From: Octopus sinensis
Lineage: Eukaryota
Direction of reading: 5' to 3'
NCBI RefSeq assembly: GCF_006345805.1
Contig: NC_043003.1
Coordinates: forward strand, 19,964,001 to 20,028,000
DNA length: 64,000 nt
The notes beneath the pieces were generated by a model. The model was not told where the DNA came from. It saw nothing but the letters and a program-made list of their open reading frames with translations, and ran no database searches. Each line of letters begins with the position of its first letter. The first letter of the stretch is position 1. Shown piece after piece: positions 48,708 to 60,880 of the stretch. The position numbers and the translations under genes were made by a program.

Positions 48708-49599
48708 GTATGTATGTATATATGTGTGTATGTTGTGCTTGTGTGTGTGTGTGTGTGTGTGTGTCTTTGTGTTTGTTCCTCCTCCATTGCATGAGAACCG
48801 GTGTTAGCAGTTTGGTCAGAGAAACCGATAGACTGAATACAAGATTAAAATGAATAGTAGTTGCGTACCCACCTTCTTTTAGATTAAGTAAATATAAACA
48901 TATTAAACCGTACTCTTCTACCCCGTAAATAGAGTGTGTAGGTGGTTGTTATTAATATTGTAGTTTCTTATCCCTTGGTTTATCCTAATTGAGATCATCT
49001 GTCATCAAAAGCATTGCATTTAAGCACATTTATATGGTTTCTAGGCAAAGTGTATCTAGAGTTACCTCATCTAATGTGTTTCTCCATTCCTGGCTAGATG
49101 GCAGAATATGAATCGAAGGAAATTCCTCTGCTGTTTCTAGCCGATCGAGAAACCATATAAATACTTTTTCATTAGCTTGTTCTTAGTGGCTTAGCTTCAG
49201 GTCAGTTGTGATAGAGCAGATTTATGATCAAAGGCATTTTAATCCTGATCATTCTCTCATCTGTCAGGAGCTGTTTTGACTAATATGTCTTTTTTAAAGA
49301 CTGTAGGATATCATATGTAAGAGATTTGGTTGCAGTTTCTAGTTGGTCGATTGACTACACAGAGATTTCCTCAGTGGATTGTGCGGAGAAGAAGCAGTGG
49401 TGTGTGAAAAGTAACATTTCATACAGCCTAGTAATCATCTTTTCAGGCATCAGTGAATACAAACCGACAGTGAAACAGCCACAATGAAACAGATAATCTA
49501 GTGGTAAATGAAATGAAAGACAACACCAATAGCAAGTTGAATATTACATTGAGGCAATAAAATATCCGTAACATATATACAATTTAAAAGAAAACTGTA

Positions 49600-50070
49600 A
49601 CAAAAGAGTTTTAAAAGACTGCGGAGAATACCAATGAAGCTCTCTACAAGAGCATAAAATAATTGTTCCAGATTTAAACCACCAGTTGATCTCTGCTATA
49701 ATTAGATTAGCTGTGACAATGAAGAGCTGTATACAAAAGAAACAACAATAAAAGAAAACAGGCCCATCACAAGTGACAAACACTCAACAGGCAAATAGAG
49801 AATTGCATTGAAAATCAGTAAATTGAGCGATGCTTTTGAAATCATTCAGAGAGTTGAAAGAGAGAAGGCAAGCTTGTGCGTAAGATGAAAGGAAAGGAGA
49901 ATCAGACAACATCCCAATGTGAATGAGAAGCGATGACACAAGGCGAACTGGCGGAACTATTACAACAAAAGAGTCGAGCAAAGGGTCAAAGGATATGAAG
50001 ATATGACAAACGGCTTAAAATCTATAACGTCAAGACAATTACAAGACCATGGGAAGATATTCTTGAGAGG
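49600..50070 (+). pseudogene. Ancient R4/Dong-like relic (region upstream of RT)
   Basis: ELAELLQQKSRAKGQRI*RYDKRLKIY resembles the R4-clade LKQKLxAKAQRxRRY segment; heavily decayed. Confidence 0.4.
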
Positions 50071-50557
50071 GAGAGAGAAGAGAGAGACGAGAGAGAGAGA
50101 GAGAGAGTGAGAGACGAGAGAGAAGAGAGAGAGAGAGTGAGAGAGAGAGAAGAGAAAGAGAAAGAGTGAATAAATAAATTAACGTTGCAAAATAAACAAA
50201 ACATAAAATATAGAAATATTTTGAAAGTATAAATTAAAGGGAAATGAAAAGCGACATAACAAATGAGAGAAATATTGTGTTAGAGAGAGAGAGAGACGAG
50301 AGAGAGCGAGAGAGAGAGAGAGAGAGGGGGGCGGAAGAATGAGAAGTAGGGAAACAGACGGAAAACAGAATTAAGAATATAAAGAAACAAAGGAAGCAGT
50401 ACACGAGGAATGATAAATCCCCAGACATTGGCACTGACTAATGCATTACGAGAAGACCAACATGGCATTTCTTCTGCTTTAAACACATAACATCTCTCCG
50501 TCTTGACATAGCAATGTTATTTACAGCACTATTCAATTAGATAATTATAAATTAGAT

Positions 50558-50764
50558 AGTAAGGAGTGGCTGTGTGGTAAGTAGCTTGCTTACCAACCAC
50601 ATGGTTCCGGGTTCAGTCCCACTGCGTGGGACCTTGCGCAAATGTCTTCTGCTATAGCCTCGGGCCGACCAAAGTCTTGTGAGTGGATTTGGTAGACGGA
50701 AACTGAAAGAAGCCCATCGTATATATATATATATATATATATATATACGATGGGCTTCTTTCAG
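50558..50764 (+). mobile_element. SINE family B 5' half ending in a short foldback
   Basis: Canonical head to aactgaaagaagcccatcg(TA)n, then inverted cgatgggcttctttcag. Confidence 0.9.
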
Positions 50765-51639
50765 ATATAATAATAGTGAATTGGGTATTAGAACTCAACC
50801 TAATCATTTCCGTTCATAGCAAATCAGAACTGGTTTATTCCAATGAAATTTGATATTCTCTTTGCCTTGAAACAAAAGAAATTTTCGAAATCAAGCATCG
50901 CATTTTAAACATGTTTATATGGGTGGCTTAAAATTGTACGCCGAAGTGAAAGAAATTAAAAATAACAGTCACGCTATTCACTAAAGACGTTAGCATAAAA
51001 TTGATAAATGTTCCAAGACAAGAATAATAAATGGAAAAGAAGACTGAAGAGATCGGATTGAATTTATGAGAATAAATGTGAAATCAAAGAGTTTACGCTA
51101 CAGCAAAAATGAAAAAAAATAAAAAAAATGAAAACTGACTCATGTAAGAACCTCGGTTTCAAGGATAACACGAAAACATCGTGATAACAAATAAAAAAAA
51201 AACAGTAAGAAAATAATATTCTCACCGTATTAGTCTAGTGTTAGACATACAAGCAATGCACTTTTAACTATTTCTCTGTAGATTGCAAAAAAAAAAAGAA
51301 AATGATGGACTTAATTGGTTTTCGAACCTTATTAGATTCTCATCAGATGTGTCAACATCATTTGAGTAATCTCAAAGAAACAAGCAGCCGATTTGTTTTA
51401 TATACACAACGAATCCAGTAGCTTCAGAGAATTGGAGCTACTAATTTGTGTATTTACCATTTTATTTAATATCAGAGACCAGTCACCGGGTATATTAGTC
51501 CACACAGTATCGGGGTATGATATAATACATATAATCATTGCTGCATATATTTATTTATATAAGTCAAATTTAAGGCTTAAAAATTAAGGTTAAGGAAATA
51601 TGTGTTAAACACAGTATCCAAACCTTGTTTCGGGGTAAG

Positions 51640-51955
51640 TGCCAGGTCGTGTGTCCGCGGAGCACGTACGCCACCTAAGACTAACAGGCATCATCAAGAC
51701 AAGCACTATACAACCCCCAGTCACTAACAACGGCCACAAATAATAGGTGCTAATTGCTCATTGGATAAAGATAATTGCCCATTGGATAACCTCTGCAAAA
51801 CTCGTAACATCTTATAAAAATGCACTGTGCACACAAGGGGAGGCCCTCACGTGTACGTTGGTGCCACGGCTGATTCTTCCAAGAATCGATGCAGAAATCA
51901 TGTATCTGGCTTTAAAAAAGTAAACGAGAGACACGTGACATCACTGGCGGATTTT
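51640..51955 (+). pseudogene. Penelope-like element GIY-YIG endonuclease fragment
   Basis: ANCSLDKDNCPLDNLCKTRNIL*KCTVHTRGGPHVYVGATADSSKNRCRNHVSGF: Cys linker, (Y)K..YVG and R..NH arrangement of PLE endonucleases; stop at 51815. Confidence 0.8.
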
Positions 51956-51984
51956 GATGATGAGTGCCCTTCTTTCATTGCATC

Positions 51985-52120
51985 ATCAAAGCAATTTGAT
52001 TCAAATTTCCTGGTACTTTAGGTTTCCAATCTTCAGCCATTAGAAATTTTCAATGGCTGAGGATTAGAATCACACTTTGAAACTTAAAGTACCAAGGAAT
52101 TTAAATCAAACTGTTTTGAT
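51985..52120. repeat. Inverted repeat of a hammerhead-bearing segment directly after the PLE fragment
   Basis: atcaaa..atttgattcaaatttcctggtactttaggtttc-caatcttcagccatt / aatggctgaggattag..gaaacttaaagtaccaaggaatttaaatcaaa..ttgat. Confidence 0.8.
52054..52094 (+). ncRNA. Type I hammerhead motif with poorly paired stem II
   Basis: TGG-CTGAGGA-ttagaatcacacttt-GAAA-ctt-a-aag-TA-CCA. The mirror arm (52010-52041, -) reads TGG-CTGAAGA-ttg-GAAA-cctaaag-TA-CCA. Confidence 0.55.
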
Positions 52121-52198
<78 letters not shown>

Positions 52199-53546
52199 AT
52201 ATGATTATTTGTCAGCTTGATCAGACTATCCAGGGATTAAAAAATAGCAACGCTGATCCAGCAAGGGCCGTATGCAGCAGCCTCTCTTGTTAGACACAAC
52301 AACCAAAACGTCTTCATATAGCAAACAATTTAAAGTACACATTCTCTAATGAAGTCATGAAATCTCTAATATATATTTTTAAAATGCTATAATAGTCACG
52401 GCCGGAACGTTTTTGATCATTGATTTGCTCGATCAGACCTAAGCAAACCTGATAGAAATAGCAACTACATCTTCCTCAAGACACACATTCCAATTACTTA
52501 AACTAAAGATGTCTCTAGTGTAAACGACATAGAAGATGGTCACAGCTGGAAGATTTTGTAATCATAAGGTCTGTTTGATCAGGGCTGATCTTAGTTGCGG
52601 AAGAGAAATAAAAATAAACCCATTACCTTGACAAACACAACGATATGAAATAATTCAATAAACAAGGAAAACTCAATGAAATAAAATAGAAATAAAAGCG
52701 AAAAAGCCGAGTAAACTCAGAAAATAGACGAAAAACCTCGAGTGTAGATTGACAGCTCCCAAAGTCAATGAGTGTCGTCTGCGTTTGTTGAATAAACAAA
52801 AGTGACGAACGGTTGGTTGAAATAAACACACATATGCACAAACATACAAAAATCATGCACATATATACGTACACGGACTCACTCACTCGTACAAACCATA
52901 GCTACACACACTCATACATACATACACATATACACATACTCACTCACACATATATAACAGAAATACACAGATTCACATAGACAGACACACATAAATACAT
53001 AGACATAGTTGCACATACTCGTAACTCATACGCATATACACATACTCACACAATCATTCATGCATATACACAAATACACACATTGATACAGATACAGGCA
53101 CACACACACACACACACAAACAAAAGCCATACACATTCAGATATACGTCCGTTGTATGTCAATGGTGGCGACACACATATACTCATGCACGCATGCACAC
53201 ATATACACATACACTGACATAGCTACAAACACTCATATACACATACTCACACACACGTACACACAAAATTCATATACACACTTATGTTCAATGTGTTCAA
53301 TGGCGACGTATTTTATGGCGATTATTTTGTTTTATGACATTCACAAACGAAATTTAAAGGGTCAACCTTAAATGTAGACACCATTTTCAAATAAAATTCT
53401 TTGTCCAATGGAATCCGGTAACTATTATTATTTCTTCTTATTATTGATGTTTTCTTTCAGAAAGAGAATTCTGTCTCCCCAACCCTCTTAGTCGCTCACA
53501 CACATAAAAATGAGTTATATAAAGAGAAAACCTAATATATATATAT

Positions 53547-53598
<52 letters not shown>

Positions 53599-53959
53599 TC
53601 TCTACATTATTGTTTTTAACATTTATTGTATATTAATGTGAACAGCGACGCTTACATATACACACGCACACTCGAAAACACGCTCTCATATTGTGGGACA
53701 AACATCGCACAACGCAGCAGATTTTATAGGAAAACATATTTAAACATGACAGGAAATAGATATTATTCATAATTTCTTTTTTCCCTTTCTTACTTTTCCC
53801 TCTCCGCATTTTATTTTCTATCTTCAATTCGATATTTCCCTTAATTATATCTCGCTCATCTTCCCCTCTTCCCTTTTCTAAATCTGACACAGATTTCTTC
53901 ACTGTTGCTATTTGATAATCCTTTCTAACTTCGGCACGAAGACCACTAACATTAAGATT

Positions 53960-54295
53960 GGTGGGTGTATTTGAACACATCGACCCCAGTTTTCAACTGG
54001 TACTTATTATAGCGATCCCGAAACAGTCCAGCGCGGTAATATCTCTGCTGCCAACTCTACGCCTTGCTGCTCTTTAGTAATCCTTTCTACATAGGCACAA
54101 GGCCTGAAACTTTGGCTGACGGAGTTAGCCGATTATATCGACCCTCGAATTCGGCTGGTACTTATTTTATCGACCGCAAAAGGATGAAAGGCAAAGTCGA
54201 CTTCGGCGGAATTTGAAGTCAGAACGTAAAGCCAGAAGAAATGCTATTAAACATTTTGTCCAGTGCGGTAATGACTCTACCAACTGACCGCTTTG
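53960..54295 (-). mobile_element. SINE family A fragments
   Basis: aggatgaaaggcaaagtcgacttcggcggaatttgaagtcagaacg on the plus strand is the A body reversed. Confidence 0.75.
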
Positions 54296-54423
54296 TTGCC
54301 ATTTAGTTATAAATATTTGTACATCGCCAACGATGTAGGCTTCCAACGATGAAGGCTTCCAACGAGGGAAGCCTTTATATAGTTACTCGACCTACTAGAA
54401 ATAACGGTCATTATAGTGTTTAA

Positions 54424-54716
54424 GTGGAGGCGCAATGGCCCAGCGGTTAGGGCAGCGGACTCACGGTCGGAGGATGGCGGTTTCGATTCCCAGACCGGGC
54501 GTTGTGTGTGTTTATGGAGAGAAAATACCTAAAAGCTTCACGAGGCTCCGGCAGGGGGTGGTGGCGACCCCTGTTGTACTCTTTCGCCCCAACTTTCTCT
54601 CACTCTTTGTTCCTGTTTCTTGGGTAACGCTGGGGGGAACGCATACGCCTCAGAAACCGGGAAACCGGGCCCATGAGCCTGGGTAGGCTTGAAAAGGGCG
54701 CATAAATAAATAAAAA
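54424..54716 (+). mobile_element. SINE family D head/body with a family C type-3 tail (chimera)
   Basis: D body to ctttctctcactctttg, then gggaaaccgggcccatgagcctgggtaggcttgaaaagggcgcat as at 27110-27160. Confidence 0.8.
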
Positions 54717-56164
54717 TAGTATTTTAAACAACACACCGGAGAAAGTGATCCTCTATACGTACAGGTGTTACAGAAGTTTAGAAAAAAAACAACAAAAACA
54801 AAAACCCGAACAAACAGGCAAACCTTTCGCAAAACAAAGCACAACCAATGAATTGTTTCGTATCCAGTCTTGGTTACATCAGAGTATAATATAAGCACAA
54901 TAGGGTTGGCCCACCAGCGGAGAGCGTGCGGCATTGCGAAGGACTGAAGAACGTTCTTCTGAAAGACGTACAACATTAACGAAAAAATCATTATGTTGGA
55001 ATATATTTCTGTTACTTTTAATTAAAACCTATATTTTCATGTAAATTTGCATTTTAGAATTTATGCATGTAATTACTTATTTCAAATAATCATAATTATG
55101 TTTAAAACAGAAATTTAGAAAAAATCACCAAAAAAAAAAACGATATAAAATGTTACAGTGGGTGTGCTTATTCCAAAACTTTAGTGATTTTTTTTTTTAC
55201 AGTTATAAACATAATTATTTTATGAATAATTATATTTTATGAAATATTAGGTTTAGGAGTATAATTTTCTTGTTTGATAGATGGTTGTCAGCTTTAATGC
55301 GGTCTTATAACGTAAAAACATTCCCTGACTCTTGATTGGCTAATATGTCTACCGCAAAATCTACCTAATTTTAGGGGTGCATCGCACATGTACAAACACA
55401 AACTGGGTTGTTAGGCTTTCTAGAAAGAGTATCCAACCATCCGCAAATTACTCTTTACAGTGAAGCCAAGAATGACACATTGCACAGTGTAGCGACTGAT
55501 AAGCATAATTTTGGAATAGTCATGGTTGGAGCACCTTTGGTCATAGATCTGCTCTCTCAGGGCTGATCAGGTACAAAAACAACAACTATATATAAAAACG
55601 GGTATGACCGTCATCCAGATTCTGTCAGTGAAAACAGATCAATATTCTTTCCAGAACATACTGACGGGATGTGGTAAACTAGCTAAAGTGATATAGTTGT
55701 AAAAACAAGACAATATTAATATGGCCACCACGTCGGACAACTCTCAGTCAGTTCAAGGCAAACTGTTTTTTTTATTATTAAGAATGACACATTTGATAAT
55801 ATAGTCCTTGATATACTATATCTTAAAAACTGAAGGAATGGTCACGGCTGGTGCGCTTTTGATCATGCCTTTCCTCGGGTTATACAGCAACAACAACACC
55901 AATGTCACTGTAAACTAATTTTACATTAGTCCAACTGTTGTTGCGCTTGTTTAGTCCCAGGTCAATTTCGATCAAGTTGACCTATGTTTGGAGACAATCT
56001 AGGTAAGGCCACCTCTACTTCATACAAATTGTACTGTTTATCTCAGGGCACACCATCCAATATATCTATTCTGATATTTTTAAAGACGTTAGAGTGTGTA
56101 CGTATGTATGAATGCATGTATATATGTATGTATACATGCACACACATACACACACATCTATCTG

Positions 56165-56567
56165 CCTATCTGTGTGGTAAGTAGCTTGCTTACCAACTAC
56201 TTGGTTCAGTCCCACTGCGTTGCACCTTGGGCAAGTACCTTCTACTATAGCCTCAGGCCGATCAAAGCGTTGTGAGTGGATTTGGTAGATGGAAACTGAA
56301 AGAAGCCCGTCGCATATATGTATATATGTATATGTATATGTATATATATGTGTGTGTGTGTTTGTGTGTCTGTGTTTGTCCCACCCCCCAACATCGCTTG
56401 ACAACCGAGGCTGGTGTGTTTATGTCCCCGTAACTTAGCGGTTCGGCAAAAGTGACCGATAGAATAACTACTAGGCTTATAAAGAATATGTCCTGGGGTT
56501 GAGTAGCTCGACTACAGGCGGTGCTCCAGCATGGCCGCAGTCAAATGACTGAAACAAGTAAAGAGTA
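56165..56567 (+). mobile_element. SINE family B
   Basis: Full head, internal microsatellite and tail. Confidence 0.9.
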
Positions 56568-56954
56568 TATAAATATATATATATATGTGCATGCATAATT
56601 TTTATTTAGAATTTTATCAAATATTATTTATTGGTCACTAATCCGAATTACAAACAAACACGACAACGCGAAACTAAGCGTTAATATCTGTTAAGATGCA
56701 GCTTTGAATAAGTAGCTAACTATATTGATTACTTTTTCGTTTAATAATATTTAATAGCATGTAATCATCTTCTACCATTTTAGCGTGCATACACACGCAC
56801 ACACACATACATACCCACACGCACACACACAGAGGCATACATACATACAAGCGAAAATCAGAGTAGTAAGAGACTGACTCAACCAAAACGAAATATTGTT
56901 AATCTCTATTATGGTATCGAGTACTCTTTTTTTGCCGATAGTCAATACAAAATG

Positions 56955-57352
56955 GATATATTCTTTTATTCTTTTATTTGCTTCAGTTATTTGACTGCAG
57001 CCATGCTGGAGCACCGCCTTTAGTCGAACAAATTGACCCCCACGACTTATTCTTTATAAGCCTAGTACTTATTCTATAGGTCGTCTTTGCCGAACCGCTT
57101 AGATACAGGGACATAAACACATCAACATCGGTTGTCGAGCGATGTTGAGGAGGGGGCATACACACACACATATACACATACACACACATACGACGGGCGT
57201 CTTTCAGTTTCCGTCTACCAATTCCACTGACAGGGCTTTGGTCGGCCAGAGGCTATAGTAGAAGACAGTTGTCTAAAGAATCAGACAGTGGACTGAACCC
57301 GGAGCTATGTGGTTGGTGAGCAAGCTATTTACCACACAGCCACTCCTACGGC
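56955..57352 (-). mobile_element. SINE family B
   Basis: Full-length copy on the minus strand. Confidence 0.88.
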
Positions 57353-57364
57353 TATATATATATA

Positions 57365-57399
<35 letters not shown>

Positions 57400-57514
57400 A
57401 GTGTGTGTGCGTGCATATATATATACATATACATATATATATGTATGTATATACATATAAATATATGCATATATATATGACATACATATCATATATAAAT
57501 ATATACACAGGTAT

Positions 57515-57592
<78 letters not shown>

Positions 57593-57651
57593 TATACATA
57601 GTATATACATACGTACACACGCACGCGCACACACACACACACACACATATA

Positions 57652-57805
57652 GTGACTGTGTGGTAAAGAGCTTGTTTCCCAGCCATATGGTTCTGGGTTC
57701 AGTCCCACTGCGTGAACCTTGGACAAGTGTCTTCTACTATGGCCTCGGGTCGACCAAAACCTTGTGAGCGGATTTCGTAGACGGAAACTGAAATAATCGC
57801 GCCAT
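57652..57805 (+). mobile_element. SINE family B, 5' half
   Basis: gtgactgtgtggtaaagagc...gtagacggaaactgaaat. Confidence 0.8.
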
Positions 57806-59823
57806 ATATATGTATATACATATGTATTTATGTTGTGTGTGTGTCTTTGTGCGTCTGTTATATATATATATATATATATACAAACGCACACGCACACACA
57901 ATAAATTATTGAATCCATATTGCTGCATAGAGACACGGGAAGAAGTACTGAATTCCAAGTGTAGATTAATATAGCAATGAATACAAGCTGGAACTTCAGA
58001 AATATGACTTCGGTTCACCAGATAGCAGTGATTTAACAAAGAACACACAATTTGGCTTCCTTTGAGAACTCACCCAATATGTAGTAAATACGTAATTTCA
58101 TTGTTTGTTGGAAATTGATAGAGTTAGTGTTGGTAAAAAGGGTTATATATAGAGACTGAAATATATAGGATGGAAATAAAGTGAAAAGAGAGCAAAGGAA
58201 AAGAAAAGAATCGAGGGAAGCGGGCAAGAAAGAAAGAAAGGAGTGAGAAAAAGTGGAGAATGGTAGGAAGGAGGCGAACACGAGTGGTAGCGATCGAAGA
58301 ACAAAGAGAAGACAATAATTTAAGAAAACTGAAAATTATAAATAGCTATTGATTTTAAAACAAACGTTTTATCATTGATGTACTTGATTGAAAGACGAAG
58401 CAAGTGCAGGCTGGGTGTAAAAGAAAAGTCTAAGGAGAAATATCCTATTGTGTAATATGTTTTATTGAACATTACTTATGTTCTGGTTTGTTTACAAAAT
58501 AGTGGACAATAGAGAGAGAATAGGTTAGGAAATGTGGAGGTGAGGAAGAAATAGGTTACAACTACAGGACAAGTATGTAAAGCATTAAATGTGAGCGTGT
58601 AAACTAATTATGAAAGTTATGAAAGTTCTGGAAGTTATAAAAATAAATTGCATATGATAATTGCAATGTGGAACAGGGAATAAGTGCATTGTATTTTTGT
58701 TATAATAAATTCAATAAAACTATGCTACAAAATGAAATGCGTCGAAATATTTCAACAAAGTAGTGCCTGCATATCTTGCTGGAATTCTGAAAGCGTGTGT
58801 GTGTTCGTTATACCATAATTTAAACGGGTTAGCCTTAAACCGATTAATAATAATTGCTATGTTACAGAATGTGACATGGATGGAATAAACTTAAAGCTTG
58901 CCGTGCATTTATTCTTTAAAGGCACGAGTCAATGCTTATACAACTGTACAATTAAATGGTATTATGAAAAGCAGAAAAACAGAAGGAAATACAGATGACA
59001 GCTTCAGAAAAGTTACCAGTAATACAATAGCTGACATTAATATTGTGATTGTTGAAAATTCTATGGTATTTTTTATGATTGTGGAAACTTTGTCGCAATA
59101 TAAATATCTGTCTAAACTTTATAAAAAGGTCTACATCATAATATATTTTCTGTGTTTTTTCTCCAGAAGACATCATTAACTGGACCCTGTGAAATCCCAC
59201 GTTTTATAAATGTTATTTTTATTCTGAAAAACCAAAGCTGATCAAACACTGTTTCAAAGTGTTAAATATTTCGATCATGCCTTCAATTTCATACAGCTGT
59301 TAACTTTGTAGAAACTACTGCAGCATTCAAACTTCTTTCATTATGTTCAAGATATCAGTAATGTCTCAGATTTCCTTTTATAGCAAAGCTTGTCACAAGG
59401 AGAGCACTTAAATATGTAGCAAGAAGCAAGAAATATATTAACCCTTTTCCTGTTCTATGTACTATGTGATCCACAGGGCATATTTTCCTGGCATCTTTGC
59501 GTCATATGTAATCCAGATTCACAAATGTTTCCACCCCGGAGTCAATTGGGCCTTATGAAAGGAAGCCTTTATATTACTCAGAATGTATGACAAAAGGGCT
59601 GCCTAAAAGTATGAAAACTAGCATAGATATTTAAAACTAGCTTCTGAAAATATTCGGTCTGGCAAAAGCACGGAGTCTGTCTTAAAAATACTTTATTATA
59701 ATAATCTAAATATTAAAAATAGCTGTATTATTGACGAAGGTAATTTTTTTGGGAATAAATCTTTCAAGATGGTGTAATATATTATGGTATTTTAAAAGCA
59801 TATATAAATAAATATATTATATA

Positions 59824-59909
<86 letters not shown>

Positions 59910-60155
59910 ATGTGTGGCGCGCGCGCGCGAACGTGTGTGTATGTGTGTGTGTAAATATATATATATATATATATAAACAAAAGAGAGACACCTTGTCTTC
60001 TCCGGTGTCATCTCTTTGTTCTTATTGCCATTCTATATTCATTTAACTTCTTGTTCTGAAACATACGTATATTGAGTCCTACACCAGGTTATTAATCCCG
60101 CTATGCTTTAGCAAAATATTAAAATAATATATACACACACATATACACGTATGTA

Positions 60156-60341
60156 TTGGGTCGTTCCATAAATAATGCGTTTTTTTTTTCAATTGCATGA
60201 ACTGAGAATCGGAGAACGGGATAAACTATATGTATCACCTTGTTATAAAAGCAGGCAGTAATTTTACCGTGTGCTTATTCTTAGTGTAAGTTCGGAAAAG
60301 TGTGATTCAATTTTGATAGATATTTTTTCAAAGCTGTGAAA
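60156..60341 (+). mobile_element. Mariner-like terminal fragment; a SINE B head fragment follows at 60342-60421 (-)
   Basis: ta-ttgggtcgttccataaataatgcg resembles a mariner TIR; no partner end found. Confidence 0.4.
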
Positions 60342-60560
60342 AGTGCCACGCAGTGGGACTGAATCCGGAACCATGTGGTTGGTAAGCAAGCTACTTATCA
60401 CACAGCCACTCCTGCGCCTATATATATATATATATTAATTTTACTCTGCTATGTATTGAGTACCTTATTTACTGTGGTTAACCCGAATCAACCCGGGACC
60501 TAACATATTATATATATATATATATAATATATAATATATATATATATAACATATATATAT

Positions 60561-60593
<33 letters not shown>

Positions 60594-60606
60594 TAGAACA
60601 TATATA

Positions 60607-60797
60607 TATCTATACAATATGTTAACATTACTCGGTAGTCAAGATAAAACTCTGAGTTTCAGATGCCGAAGTGGAAATCCACAACACCATCTCTTCGGTT
60701 AGATAACCGAAGAGATGGTGTTGTGGATTTCCACTTCGGCATCTGAAACTCAGAGTTTTATCTTGACTACCGAGTAATGTAACATATTGTATAGATA
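60607..60797. repeat. Near-perfect palindrome, 95/94-bp arms with a 2-nt centre
   Basis: tatctatacaatatg...ctcttcggtta-ga-taaccgaagag...catattgtatagata; one 1-bp indel. Confidence 0.95.
60701..60763 (+). ncRNA. Atypical type I hammerhead motif inside the palindrome
   Basis: AGATAA-CCGAAGA-GATG-[gtgtt-gtgg-attt-ccac-ttcgg]-CATC-t-GAAA-CTC-a-GAG-TT-TTATCT: all three stems pair, but U4 is C and there is one extra U before G12. Confidence 0.55.
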
Positions 60798-60880
60798 AAT
60801 TTCCTCTATTTACATAATATTGAGGTCTCTTTCTTTCTTTTGTTATCTTACCGTTTTATCAATATAACATATATATATAT

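Noticed and set aside
54845-54975. Two partial hammerhead-like strings (CTGATGT..GAAA on -, CTGAAGA..GAAA on +)
   Set aside because: The cores are incomplete or stems I and II do not pair.
58898-59200. AT-rich ORFs and a strong acceptor at 59164 (ttttctccag|aagacatcattaactggaccctgtga)
   Set aside because: There is no homology or upstream donor I can tie to it, and polypyrimidine-AG arises often by chance in this composition.
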